Shown here in pieces: positions 42,027-53,224 of a stretch of DNA of 64,000 nt; positions within the stretch are counted from its first letter, which is position 1; every line of letters starts with the position of its first letter. Origin of the DNA: Alphaproteobacteria bacterium (GTDB lineage: Bacteria > Pseudomonadota > Alphaproteobacteria > Puniceispirillales > Puniceispirillaceae); the NCBI GenBank assembly GCA_038144055.1, contig JAYQNB010000003.1, positions 1,269 to 65,268 of the forward strand, in the 5' to 3' direction. A model generated the notes under the pieces. It ran no database searches, was not told the DNA's origin, and saw only the letters and a program-made list of their open reading frames with translations. Position numbers and translations under genes: made by a program.

Positions 42027-43228
42027 TCAACTGCCGGCTGCACGCATGACCGACAATACATCCCAGCAGGCACCCATGGTGTGATAGTCCACCTTGCCGG
42101 CAGGTGATTTATAAGGCTCCAGCCAGTCGCCCTCGCGGGTTGTGATCCGGTACCATGCGCCATGCTTGTGATCAACCAGATGGTCCCATGACCAGCCCCA
42201 CAGGCGGTCGTAATCCGTGCGATAGCGCGCCTCGCCGGTGCGGTCATAGAGCCGCCACGCGGTTGCAAGCGCCTCGGCCTGGACCCAGAAATATTTATGC
42301 GCGTCGGCAAAGCTGCCGTCCGGCGCATAGCCATAGACAAGGCCGCCATACTCATCGTCCCAGCCGCGCGTCATGGCGAGGTCATAGAGCCGCTGTGCTG
42401 TTGCAAGGTGCCATTCGGCGGGGCGATGCATGTCGAGTTGCAGCAGCAGTTTTGCCCACTCGACCTGGTGGCCGGGCTGGAATCCCCATGGTTTGAACAG
42501 ATCGTCAGGCTTGTCGATATTGTAGGTCCAGTCATGCTGCCAATCTTCGGTATAGTGCTCCCAGACCTGGCCTTCGGCAGCTTCGGCAAGCGTGACGGTG
42601 AACTGGCGGGCGACATCATCGCCGCGGTCCAGATAGCGTGTCTCGCCGGTTGCCTCGAAGGCGGCGATCAGCGCCTCGACCGTATGCATGTTGGCGTTCT
42701 GGCCGCGATAGGTGACAGCACCTTGCCGCTGGCATCACGTTCGTCGGCATAGGCCATATGTGCCGGCTCGAAAAAATGAGTTTCCATATAGTCCCACGTT
42801 TCGGCGAGAAGACGGTCCGCCCCGTCGATCCCGGCGCGATGTGCCCATGACGCAGCCAGGATGACAAAGGAATGACCATAGGCCATGGCGCGTCCGTCAT
42901 CGATGTCATCACCCTTGCGTTGCCACAGGAAATGGCCGGCTTCGGTGCGGTGATGCGTCTCGAGATAGCGCAAGCCATGCGCCGCCCAGTCGCGGTAATG
43001 CGCCCGTCCGGTCTGCAGAAAGGCGTTGGCATAGTTGAAGACAAATCGGGTGGAACTGACGAGATGCCGCGTTTCGCGGTCATAGACTGTCCCGTCATCC
43101 AGAAAATGCTGAAAGAAACCGCCATCCTTATCGAAGGCCACAGGCTCGTAAAATGCGAGGATGTCCTCGACATGCGATGTCAGGAAATCTTCCGATCCGA
43201 AATCGGGCTTGCCCGGAATTTGTGTCAT
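42027..43228 (-). CDS. AGE-family sugar epimerase/isomerase (frameshift near 42715)
   Basis: HLVSSTRFVFNY, YGHSFVILA, QNANMHTVEA, PGHQVEW, KYFWVQAE, DYHTMGAC. Confidence 0.88.
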
Positions 43229-43429
43229 GGCCGTCCTTTATTCTCTTCGACAACAGGCTCTGAAAAAAGCCACGTCATCCTGTCACAGTGGGCAAGAATC
43301 GTGAATGGCCAAAATGCAGGTTTCGGCAGGGTTGTCATGCCCCGCCTGCGGCAATGACCCGCCTTGGCGCGGGCCTGCTGCGCCAGCTACTTTTTGGTTC
43401 GGTTTCACAGCACATCACAAGGTTTCGAC

Positions 43430-43849
43430 ATGGCGCTTCTGGCCATCATTCACGCGGCAATCGCCGGTTTCATGCTGTTCTTCACGGCCGTGGTCCCGCA
43501 AGCGGCCTTCAAGACCCTATCGGCCAAGGCGGTGGGCGTGTTTCTGCGCGTGCTGTTTCCGCGCCTGTTCCTGTTTGGTCTAGCGCTGTCTGTTGCCGCG
43601 AGTGGAGCCGCGCTGGCGGTGGGTGCCGGATGGCAGCTTCATGTCTCGCTGGCGGTGGCGGCGGGTTTCGCGGTGAATGTCTTTGTTCTGACGCCACGTA
43701 TCAATCTCTATCGCGACCGTGATCTTGAGGGAGATGCAGCAGCGAAACGTATGTTCGGGCTGCTGCATCTGGCTTCGGTGGCGATCTTTCTTGCCCAGCT
43801 TGCCGGCAGTCTCGCCATCGTCGGGATGTTTCTCTACGCGCCGGTCTGA
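43430..43849 (+). CDS. DUF4149-like membrane protein
   Basis: Four hydrophobic segments; FLRVLFPR, LTPRIN, FGLLHLASV. Confidence 0.7.
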   Translation: MALLAIIHAAIAGFMLFFTAVVPQAAFKTLSAKAVGVFLRVLFPRLFLFGLALSVAASGAALAVGAGWQLHVSLAVAAGFAVNVFVLTPRINLYRDRDLEGDAAAKRMFGLLHLASVAIFLAQLAGSLAIVGMFLYAPV

Positions 43850-43858
43850 ACGCCGCCC

Positions 43859-44144
43859 CTAGAGGCGGGTCAGGGCACGCACATTCTTTGACCGGATCAT
43901 GTCGGCCGTCGCCGCATCGAACGACTTGAAATGCGGCATCGACAGATGCGCGTCGAAAAGCGGCTCGGTCGTCATAGACTTCATACAGAAACACATGGCC
44001 GGGGTTGTCCGGATTCTGGCAGACGTCGAACTGGCGGCATCCCGGCTCGTCGCGTGCCGAGGCGGAGGCATTCTCGCGCATCAGCGGCAGGAAGGCGTCG
44101 ATCTGTTCCGGATCGATCTCGAAATCGACAATGATGACATACAT
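43859..44144 (-). CDS. Antibiotic biosynthesis monooxygenase (ABM/LsrG-like) small protein (frameshift near 43960)
   Basis: MYVIIVDFEI..EPGCRQFDV..FLYEVYDD..AF/DAHLSMPHF. Confidence 0.85.
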
Positions 44145-44157
44145 CGCATTCCCCCTG

Positions 44158-45276
44158 TCAGGCCGCATTGGTGATCTGGTCGATAACCGCGGCAGTGACG
44201 GCTCTGGTACCCATGTCGCCGCCGAATTCCATCGGCCGCAAGGGCGTTGCTGGCAAAAGCCTGCCTCGACAGCCGCCTCAACCAGAAGCGCCGCATCGGC
44301 ATAGGACGGCAGATCGCACCGTTCGGCAAGATAGTCCAGCATCATCGCCCCGCTCAGAATGGCGGCCAACGGATTGGCTTGATCCTGACCGGCAATGTCC
44401 GGGGCAGAGCCATGCGCTGGCTGGAACAGTCCGTTTTCATCGCCGATTTCGGCGCAGGCAGCCATGCCCATCCCGCCGACAAGCCCACCGGCAAGATCCG
44501 ACAGAATGTCGCCGAACATATTCTCCATCACCATGACGTCGAAATTCCATGGCTGGCGCACCATGTCCAGCGCCATGGCATCGACATAGCTGTAGCCGGT
44601 CTCGATATCGGGGTGGTGCGCGGCCACCTCGTCGAACAGGGCGCGGAAGAATGCCTGCGACCTGAAGACATTCGCCTTGTCGACACAGGTCAGCCGCCCC
44701 GGCCTGCCGCGCGCCTTGCGCCGTGCAGCCAGACGAAAGGCGAAATCATGAAGTTTGCGCGTTGTCGTGCCGGTGATCCGCATGATGTCGCTGACGGCAT
44801 CAGGTGCTGCCGGGTCGCCTTCCACGGGCGAGCGGTCATGCACGGCGGCGGTATAGAACAGCCCTTCGGTCGATTCCCGGATGATCACGAGATCGAGGCC
44901 GGCGGCGCGTTCATCGGCAAGCCGTTGCGGCGCATTCGGATAGGCCCTTACCGGCCGCACCCCGGCATAGAGCTGGAACCGGTCGCGAAGCCGCAGATGC
45001 GGCGAGATTTCGGTGCCGTCCTCATGACGGACCGACGGCAGGCCGATAGCGCCGAGAAAGATCGCGTCGGCGGCTCCGGCACGGGTCTCGCCATCAGCCT
45101 CGATGTCGAGGCCCGTCTCGGCAAACAGGGCTGCCCCGGCCGTGATGTCGTCGCATCGAACATACGGCGCTCCGGCCCGATTCAGCGCTGCTGCGACCAC
45201 CGCCAGCGTGGCGTCCGTCACATCGCCGCCGATGCCGTCACCGCGGGATGACCGCGACAAGCGGAGCCTTGCACAT
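44158..45276 (-). CDS. Isocitrate/isopropylmalate/tartrate dehydrogenase-family decarboxylating dehydrogenase (frameshifts near both ends)
   Basis: GDGIG, IIRESTEGLF, VDKANV, YVDAMA, NMFGDILSD, QPAHGSAPDIAG. Confidence 0.88.
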
Positions 45277-45379
45277 CACCTGTCTCTTTTTGTTGACATA
45301 AGGTCAGCTTCGGTCAACGGCATTGGACAATATTTTTGATCTGGACCAAAAACGAATCAACGGGCATTGGAAGTTTGAA

Positions 45380-45900
45380 ATGAGCATGGGCGACCCCACC
45401 GAAGATATCGAACATCCCAAGAAATCCCTGGTCAGTCTTGAAAGGAAGCTATCCATTCACAAAAATTCTGACATTCCGGCTATCGCGCCTTCAGGCCAAT
45501 CTGAACACACAGGCTGCCGGATTTATTGCGGCGTCATGACAGTGTTGCCTTGCTCATTTCCGCGTGCTTAACATAATTTTTAACAATCAGCCACTACGCA
45601 AAAAGATATCACTGAACAAGCCGAACTGGATAAAGGTCAGGTCAGCCGTATTGTTGAACGAGTTGATCAACGAAGGTTTGCTTGTCAGCGAGAGCGACAC
45701 CGAAGACAAGAGGGTGTTGACCTGACTGATGTCGCTATGACCGAGATAATGTCTCGGACTGATCCCGGTCATGCACCAACGATGAGTCATGCATACTTTC
45801 ACCATTTTCTGAAGAGAGCTTGGCAACCCGGGCATGATTTTCTCGACCGCCTGGATGGCGTTTCTGGAAAGCTAGATAACCTGGAGTCCCGTAAACTTGG
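45380..45900 (+). pseudogene. MarR-family regulator with several frame disruptions (pseudogene or poor consensus)
   Basis: Fragments across frames: LTFRLSRLQANLNTQAA / TQKDITEQAELDKGQVSRIV / LINEGLLVSESDTEDKR. Confidence 0.7.
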
Positions 45901-46138
45901 CCTATTAGGTGGCCATGAGAATTCTTTTGGTGATCGACTGGGACGAGCATCGTTTTGATGTTATTTGGTGTGCTGACCATGAATTTATCTGGACACCTTC
46001 GGCCGTGACGCGCCTGCAGATAGCTGCGTGCGGCGCGGGGCTCATCCATTATGTCGGGTTTGATTCACAACACCTAAATGCCGTTGCCGATCTGCGGTTT
46101 GTTTGCCGTCCGTGACCTCGGGCCAAAAGGGGCAATCA

Positions 46139-47330
46139 GTGCCTAAGAAGGGGCAGGCTTTGAGCAAGCTACCTGTTTACGAGGGCGATTTTTTCGCTGA
46201 CAGCGTGATCGCTGATCCCCTGCCGGCCTACAGGCAGATGCGGGACACTGGTCCGATCGTCTGGCTTCCGGAGAACAATTTGGGCGGCGGTGGCCTACCA
46301 GCCCTGCCTCGAAATCCTGCGGAAGCCGAAGCTGTTCCTGTCGGGTCGCGGGCTCAGCCTGAATGACGAGGTGAACAATATCCTGATCGGCTCGACTCTC
46401 AATTCCGACGCGGAACGCCATCGCCGCCAGCGCAGCATCACCGCGACCGCCATCATGCCTGACGTTGACAAGCCTTGCGCCGGCGATCGAACGTGCCGCC
46501 GACGATGTCGCCGATGCCGTCTGCTCTGCCGGACGGTTTGACGCGGTGGCCGAATTCGCCAGCATCCTGCCGCTTTCGATCGTCGTCGATCTGGTCGGGC
46601 TGCCGGCACATGGTAAGGCGCGCATGCTGGAATGGGCCGCTGCCACCTTCAACCTGTTTGAAGGCTTCAACGAACGCTCGCGCGAGTCATTTCAGGGGCT
46701 TCGCGAACTTCGTGATTTTCTGAACGAATTTGGCAAGCCGGAAAAGATGCAGCATGGCGGGCTGGCTCGCCGGATCTTTGACGAGGCGCTCAGGCAAGGG
46801 CGTGGCGCCGGAGGAAGCGGCCCAGATGCTCCGTGACTATATTGCGCCGAGCCTCGACACCACGATCTCGACGGCGGCGTATCTTGCCTGGCATTTCGCC
46901 GACTCGCCGGACCAGTGGCAACTTGTACGCGAGGACAAATCGCTGATCGGCAACGCGGTGGAGGAGGTTGTCAGGCTGACCACCCCGATCCGCGCCTTCT
47001 CGCGCTATGTGGCCGAGGATGTCGAGATGCACGGCGTGTCGATGAAGCAGGGTCAGCGGGTGCTTATCGTCTATGCCAGCGCCAATCGCGATGAAACGGT
47101 CTTTCCGGATGCCGACAGGTTTGATGTCACCCGCAAGACGCACCGGCATCTGGGGTTCGATCCAGGGGCCGCATATGTGCATGGGCATGCATCTGGCACG
47201 GCTGGAAATGCGCTGGTGCGCGATGGCGGAACGTGTCACAAGCTGGCATCTGGACGGTGTGCCGCAAACGGCCATGAACAATACCATCAGGGCATTCTCA
47301 TACCTGCCGATGCGCGTCGAAAGGACCTGA
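46139..47330 (+). CDS. Cytochrome P450 (several frameshifts)
   Basis: DPLPAYRQMR, DYIAPSLDTT (I-helix), EEVVRLTTP (ExxR), ASANRDE, GPHMCMGMHLARLE (heme Cys). Confidence 0.88.
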
Positions 47331-47665
47331 GCCTGAGGCCCGGACGCCTCCTCACCGGCGGCGCTGGATTGGGCGACGTGTTGCGCTGTCTTTTTCTGCC
47401 CACAGATCCTCTTCGCTGGCGATGATGTTGCACAGTGCGCAACCAGTGCACAGTCCATCATTGATGATTTTTAGAGGCGTCTATTTGGTCGCATTAGCCG
47501 TGCCTGGCGTGTTGCCGAGGTTCGCGGTGTGACATCTCAGCTGTTCCTTGATTAAGTCGGGTGAGACATCATCAATGTGATTTCACAACCACTATGCCTA
47601 TATACTGTGGAGGCGGCTGTGCCAGGAATCTGCAACAGGCACCGCCGGTATCAGGGAGATTTGCC

Positions 47666-48549
47666 ATGACGGTATCCATCGATTGTGTTGTTCCGAGCCG
47701 TTCGCGGCTGGGCGAGGGCGCGATATGGGACGTGGATGACGCCAGGCTCTGGTGGGTCGATATACGTGCCGGACTGGTCCATTGCTATGATCCGGCGAGC
47801 GGAACAAATGACAGTGTCGAGGTTGGCGAGCAGGTCGGCAGCATCGCGCGCCGCACCTCCGGCGGGCTTGTGATGGCGACAGAAAGCGGTTTTACCTGTT
47901 CGATCCGGCCAGCGGCGAGAAACAGTGCATCGCGACGCCGGAATCACATCTCGAGGGCAACCGGTTCAATGACGGCACTACCGACCCGCATGGCCGTTTC
48001 TGGGCGGGAAGCAAGCGTGATGACGGTGCGCCGCCGGAACGCCGCGGTACCTTCTACAGGCTTGATCCTGATCACAGTGTCAGCCGTCATCTGGACCCTG
48101 TCCACACGACCAACGGCCTGGCTTCTCGCCGGACGGGGACGTGATGTATTTCGCCGACACCAACCGGGAAGTGCAGACAGTCTGGGCTTGTGACTATGAT
48201 CTTGATACCGGCACACCGACCGCGCAACGGGTGTTCTTCCATAGCGGGAAAATCGCCGGACGGCCGGATGGGGCAACGGTTGATGTTGATGGCTGCTACT
48301 GGTTTGCCGGTGTGGGTGGATGGCAGATTGTTCGTGTGACGCCGGCGGGAGTTGTCGACCGGATCATAGAGATGCCGGTAGAGAAGCCCAGTAAGGTCAT
48401 GTTTGGCGGTGCCGGTCTCGACACGCTCTATGTCACATCGATCGCCGAAGGGATCAGTGACGCGGCAGCGCAGCCAGAGGCCGGCAGCCTGTTTGCGATC
48501 ACCGGCACCGGAACACAGGGCCTTGCCACAGGTGCGTTTCGCCGGGTGA
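47666..48549 (+). CDS. SMP-30/gluconolactonase family protein (frameshifts)
   Basis: LGEGAIWD, WWVDI, RFNDG, MYFADT, RPDGATVD, LYVTS. Confidence 0.88.
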
Positions 48550-48624
48550 TGCCGGCCGCCCATTTCGTGCTAGTTTAAGGATGGGAATGCGTCGGTGAGA
48601 CACCAACATGCAAGGAAAGGAAAA

Positions 48625-49543
48625 ATGACAAAGGACAGGTTCGAAAAGCTCCAGGACATGCTGGATACCGAGTTCGAGGAAACGCTCGATGATCTCATCG
48701 AAGTGGAATTCAACGAACCGATCCTGTCTGAAGAGGTGCGCGCGCTTTACAAGAAGCAGCATCCCAAGGGTCTGGACGGGCGCATCTATTATCCGAACCT
48801 GCTGCGCCTTCAGGCGGAGATGATCAAGCTTAAGGACTGGGTTGTGGCGACCAACGCCAAGGTGCTGATCCTGTGCGAAGGTCGCGACAGCGCCGGCAAG
48901 GGTGGTGTGATCAAGCGCATCACGCAGCGTCTCGACCCGCGGGTGGCTCGCGCCGTGGCGCTGCCGAAACCGTCCGACCGGGAAATGTCGCAATGGTATT
49001 TCCAGCGCTATGTACCGCACCTTCCCGCCGGCGGTGAGATGGTGCTCTTTGACAGGTCCTGGTACAACCGCGCCGGGGTCGAGCGTGTCATGGGGTTCGC
49101 CACCGAAGACGAGGTTGAACAGTTTTTTCAGGATGTGACCGAGTTCGAGAGGATGCTGGTGCGCTCCGGCATTATCCTGCTGAAATACTGGTTCTCGATC
49201 ACTGACGAGGAACAGCAGCTGCGCTTCCAGATGCGGATTCACGACCCGATGAAGCAGTGGAAACTGTCACCAATGGATCTCGAGGCCCGTATTCGCTGGG
49301 AACAGTACACCAAGGCGAAGGAAGAGATGTTCGAGCGCACCTCGATCGAGGAAGCGCCCTGGTACATTGTCGAAGGCAATGACAAGAAGCGCGAGAGGCT
49401 GAACTGCATGGAGCATATCCTCTCGAAAATTCCGTACAGTGAAATCCCGCACGAAAAGGTCAGCCTTCCGGAACGCGTGTTTGATCCGGATTACGAGCGC
49501 CGTACGCTTGCCCGACGATCTCTATATTCCGAAGATTTACTGA
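48625..49543 (+). CDS. ppk2: Polyphosphate kinase 2 (frameshift near 49510)
   Basis: EGRDSAGKGG, WYFQRY, FDRSWYNRAGVERVMGF, WKLSPMD; true end PDDLYIPKIY*. Confidence 0.95.
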
Positions 49544-49577
49544 CCGGGAACTACATGCCGCGGCTTGGGCGGCGGAA

Positions 49578-50264
49578 TCAGCTGGCGATCGCAAGCCTTT
49601 CTGCCTCATGCTGCCTGGCCGCAAGATCGGCCTGCAGAGCGCCTGCCGGATCGCGGGTCTGCAAAGGCGCATCGCCGGCGATGGCATACGATCCCGTATA
49701 GAGATGACAACGGATGCCGGCGGCGATGGCGGCCGACTGGCTGGCGACTGTATCCTCGATGGCGAGCGCGTCATGCGCCGCGATGCCGAGGCGCGACAGC
49801 GCCAGCTCGTAACATGCGCCATCCGGCTTTTCCCGGAGCACATCTTCCTTGCTGGTAATCACGGCAAAGTCCGACATGTCGATATGGCTGGCAAGGGCCT
49901 CGCGGATCATGGCGATGGTGCGCGGCGTGGTGGTGGTGACAAATCCGATGCGCAGGCCGGCGGCACGGGCTGCCGTCAGGGTTTCGACAATACCCGGGCG
50001 CGGCGCGATGCCGCCTGCAAGGCTGGCGGCAAAAACATCCTGCTTTGTCTCGTGAATGCGCCTGATTTCCATCGTGGACAGCGCATCGCCGCCAAGCTGC
50101 CGCAACCGGTTCTGGCCGCCCGGCGTGGCAAGGTGCTGGCAATAGGTGGCGATGTTCCAGTGCCAGTCGACACCATGCGCGACAAAGGCGGTGTTATAGG
50201 CCTGCCGTTGCAGCTCCGATGTTTCTGCCAAAACGCCGATGGATCCGAGAAGTAGTGCCTTCAT
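49578..50264 (-). CDS. HAD-IA/CbbY-like protein with atypical motif I
   Basis: GGAGG RBS; MKALLLGSIGVLAETSELQRQAYN, WHW, PGGQNRL, PRPGI, KPD, AIEDT. Confidence 0.8.
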   Translation of the reverse strand: MKALLLGSIGVLAETSELQRQAYNTAFVAHGVDWHWNIATYCQHLATPGGQNRLRQLGGDALSTMEIRRIHETKQDVFAASLAGGIAPRPGIVETLTAARAAGLRIGFVTTTTPRTIAMIREALASHIDMSDFAVITSKEDVLREKPDGACYELALSRLGIAAHDALAIEDTVASQSAAIAAGIRCHLYTGSYAIAGDAPLQTRDPAGALQADLAARQHEAERLAIAS

Positions 50265-50385
50265 GACCGCCTCCTGAGTGTTTCCTAGATCAGGCGGATA
50301 TGAGGTTGGGTGCCCGCCTCGGCCAGAGGCGTGACGGCAAAACAGTTTTGCGAAAGATGCCGTGGCCACCCTCCGGCGCAGGGCG

Positions 50386-50715
50386 TCAGGATGGGGTTTC
50401 GATGGCCACCGAAGTCGACATGGCCTCGCGCTCGAAGGCAAGCACGCAGACGCCGGAGAAACGGCTCTGCTTGAAGATGAAGGCCTGATTGATGTCTTCG
50501 AGAAGGGTTGGAAGTTCCTTTTCGAAATGGGCCATCGCCGCCACATCCTCGAACCGCACATTGACGGCAAGCTCCCCTTCCTTGCCGATTGTCACATGAA
50601 GGCCGTGGAAATCGAATATGGTGATGCGGCCTTTCAGCAGGTCGCACAGGCTCTGCGCCGCGATCTTGGCTTCGGATACAGAGGCAAATTTGAGCTGAAG
50701 CTGGGTCGAGAACAT
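50386..50715 (-). CDS. Hypothetical 109-aa alpha/beta protein, paralog of 52902..53222
   Basis: Clean ORF 5 nt after the GAF gene stop; ungapped similarity to the second copy. Confidence 0.8.
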   Translation of the reverse strand: MFSTQLQLKFASVSEAKIAAQSLCDLLKGRITIFDFHGLHVTIGKEGELAVNVRFEDVAAMAHFEKELPTLLEDINQAFIFKQSRFSGVCVLAFEREAMSTSVAIETPS

Positions 50716-50720
50716 CTTTC

Positions 50721-51610
50721 CTACCCCAGCTTTCCGAGAAGATCGTCCAGTCCGCCGCCTTGCGGTGCGAGGCTCTGGTCGCTTCCCCTGTAGGTCTCGG
50801 GCGCAAGGCCAAGTTCGGTGCGAAGGTCGGTGCCGTCGCGGGTCAGGTGCCAGCCATTATCGCCGGACTGAATGATCCCGTCCCGTTCAAGAATGCCGAT
50901 CATTTCGGGGAGGGCTGTCCCACGCGCGCAGAAATCGAGGAATCCGGTCAATTCGTCCAGCGTGCCTTCAGGCGCGAACTGACGGAACTTTCCAAGCATA
51001 GTTGCCACGCGCGAAGCGGTAAGATTGCTTTGCTCTACCATCAGCTGGATCTGCGCCGCTGCATTGGTTGCCAGTTTCGCATCATGCGGATCTGGTCTTC
51101 GTCAAGGCTGCGTGGCGCGGAATCGATCACGCACAGCGTGCCGAGAACCACACCATCAGAGGTGTTCAGCGGAAATCCGGCATAAGACCGACAGTTCAGA
51201 GGCGGCTTGGTCAGCGGGGTGTCGGCAAAACGCGGGTCCTTGCCTGCATCGGGGACAAGCACCGGTTCCGGTGACAGCAAGGCATACTGGCAGAATGTCA
51301 TAGTCTGCGGCACGCCAAGAAGCGGGTCGAAATTCTCTCCGACACTGCTGATCGTATACTGGCAGACCCCATCAAGAAGGTTCAGCATTGCCTTCTCAGA
51401 TCCGGTGATCAGCTTGGCTGTTTCAGTGAAAATCTCGAACTGGGCGCTGACATCCCGTCCAATCAGCCCGGTTTCGTTGACCCTTGCAGCGCGAAGGTCT
51501 TCATTCTGCGGGACCGGCGCAGGTGTCACCTTGGCCGAAGTGGCAATGGCGAGACCGAGCTTCAGGAAGTTCCCAAGCCCCTGAGCTTTTATGGCTCTTC
51601 GCAATGACAT
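50721..51610 (-). CDS. GAF-domain protein with C-terminal winged-helix-like region, copy 1 (one A missing near 51076)
   Basis: APVPQNEDLR, FCQYAL, DPRFAD, YAGFPL, GTLCVID; restoring AAA to AAAA joins it to MVEQSNLT...LERDGII...WHLTRDG. Confidence 0.85.
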
Positions 51611-51687
51611 CCATACACCTCGATCACAGGACCAGTTCAGTGTCTGTCCGGGCTGGCACATAAGTCCAGCGCGCTGTTGTCGCCGGA

Positions 51688-52110
51688 TCAGGTGGAAAAG
51701 GCGACCGCCGCTCCGCCGATGGCGAGTACCAGACCGACACGCCCAGCCTGAACAAGGCGCTTCATCAGGGCCCCGTTTGGTGGGCGCTTGGCCTTGATCG
51801 CCTGGTACACATGCAGGTTGGCATAGGCCGAAATGAACAGCACGATGGCGGCACCCAACAGCTTCACATGAAAGGCGCCATTTATAGCAAGGCTACCATA
51901 GATAAGATGGGAAAGGCCGACGCCGGTGACCCATAGTGTGACGATAGAACCAAGGCCGATATATCCAAGCACGGCAAAGGCCTTGCCAATGTAGGGCGGT
52001 GGCGAATCGCCAGCCTTCATATAGGCGGACTGAATAACGCCACCTCCGACTGTAACGCCGCCGGCAAACAAAATCGAAAAATAATGAAGGGTTTTCAGGA
52101 TGACTTCCAC
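51688..52110 (-). CDS. Hypothetical 4-TM membrane protein (140 aa)
   Basis: GGAG RBS; LKTLHY, LWVTG, FHVKL; four hydrophobic segments. Confidence 0.75.
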   Translation of the reverse strand: MEVILKTLHYFSILFAGGVTVGGGVIQSAYMKAGDSPPPYIGKAFAVLGYIGLGSIVTLWVTGVGLSHLIYGSLAINGAFHVKLLGAAIVLFISAYANLHVYQAIKAKRPPNGALMKRLVQAGRVGLVLAIGGAAVAFST

Positions 52111-52195
52111 CGCCTGGTCTCCTTTTCAAATTGCCTCAACGCTGGCGGTTGTTTGAACCAGCCCAGTAAGACTGGCCTGGGCAGTCTTGCTAAGG

Positions 52196-52449
52196 TCAGA
52201 TCAAATCGCCCTCGGACACGCCGATCTTTGCCATGGCCTGTTCATTCAGTGCCTGAAGCGCACGCAGAACTTCGAGATGCGAGGTAGCAAGCTCGTTGGT
52301 TGAGAAAGTTTCGATGACCACGCCACTGTTGTTGTTCGCGCGCATCAGATAGCGGTTGTAGTCACCCGTTCGGTGGTCTTCGCCACAGCCTCGATCAGGG
52401 GCCAGATAGACGGCGCCAGTAGCGTGAAGGTAATGGTGCGGCAGTACAT
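52196..52449 (-). CDS. Hypothetical small alpha/beta protein (frameshifted)
   Basis: ATG overlaps the GYD gene stop (TGATG); MYCRTITFTLLAPSIWPLIEAVAK.../MRANNNSGVVIETFSTNELATSHL...VSEGDLI*. Confidence 0.6.
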
Positions 52450-52799
52450 CAGTCGATGCCTGCCACCTGCATTGACGAGACATAGGCGCCCATCCGTTCG
52501 TGGCCATGCTCGAACACCGCCTTGTATTCGTCGGCGTCATAGGCGCGCGACCAGGCAATGTTCGAGAAATTGCCCGTGGAATAGACAATGTTCACCATCG
52601 CCTCGATGGAGTCGTCATTCTCGGCGCTAAGAACAGACACGAAATTGAATTCGATGCCGCTGGTGAAGACGAATTCATGGACGGTGATGCCGAAGGAGTC
52701 GAAGAAGGGCTGCAGGATTTCAAGCCGGTTTTGCGGCTTGTTCAGCATCGCGGCGGCAAAGTCTCCGCTTGTCTTGCCGTGGATCAAATATTTGGTCAT
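52449..52799 (-). CDS. GYD-domain-like protein
   Basis: GAGGAG RBS; MTKYLIHG..AMLNKPQNR...FG..FVFTSG pattern of the GYD family. Confidence 0.7.
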   Translation of the reverse strand: MTKYLIHGKTSGDFAAAMLNKPQNRLEILQPFFDSFGITVHEFVFTSGIEFNFVSVLSAENDDSIEAMVNIVYSTGNFSNIAWSRAYDADEYKAVFEHGHERMGAYVSSMQVAGID

Positions 52800-52901
52800 C
52801 TCTGTCTCCTCTCTGCAGCCCGGGTGTCACCGTGTGGCAGGTACCTTGCGGTCTGCGGCCGGTACACAGCATATTTTTGCGGGTATTTCGGGCGTGATGA
52901 C

Positions 52902-53222
52902 CTAGCCAGCCGACACCTCCGCCTTGATGGCCTCGGCCTCGTAATTGAAGATATAGACACCTGCGAAGTTATCTTCCTTGTAGACCATGGTTTCTTTCAG
53001 ATCCCGGAACACCTCTCCGGCTTTCACCTCGAATGCCTTGAGATCATCGCTGTTCTCGAACTTTGTCTGGATCGACAGGCTGCCACACTTGCCGATCGAG
53101 ATATTCAGCGAGCGCATGTTGTTGGTGACGATCAGCTTGCCGAAGGCATCGGAGACGAAGGATGCGGCTACTTTGGCCTCGGCGACGCCGTTGAATTTGA
53201 AATTGAAGATTTTTGCAAACAT
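52902..53222 (-). CDS. Hypothetical 106-aa alpha/beta protein, paralog of 50386..50715
   Basis: Clean ORF 2 nt after the stop of GAF copy 2. Confidence 0.8.
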   Translation of the reverse strand: MFAKIFNFKFNGVAEAKVAASFVSDAFGKLIVTNNMRSLNISIGKCGSLSIQTKFENSDDLKAFEVKAGEVFRDLKETMVYKEDNFAGVYIFNYEAEAIKAEVSAG

Positions 53223-53224
53223 GG

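Noticed and set aside
43701-45260. Apparent dehydrogenase-ABM fusion (519 aa)
   Set aside because: Frameshift artefact. The dehydrogenase ends at 44158 and the ABM gene has its own RBS and ATG at 44144.
49578-50264. CbbY-like gene as evidence for a Calvin cycle
   Set aside because: No RuBisCO or phosphoribulokinase genes are in the window, and the protein lacks the catalytic Asp.
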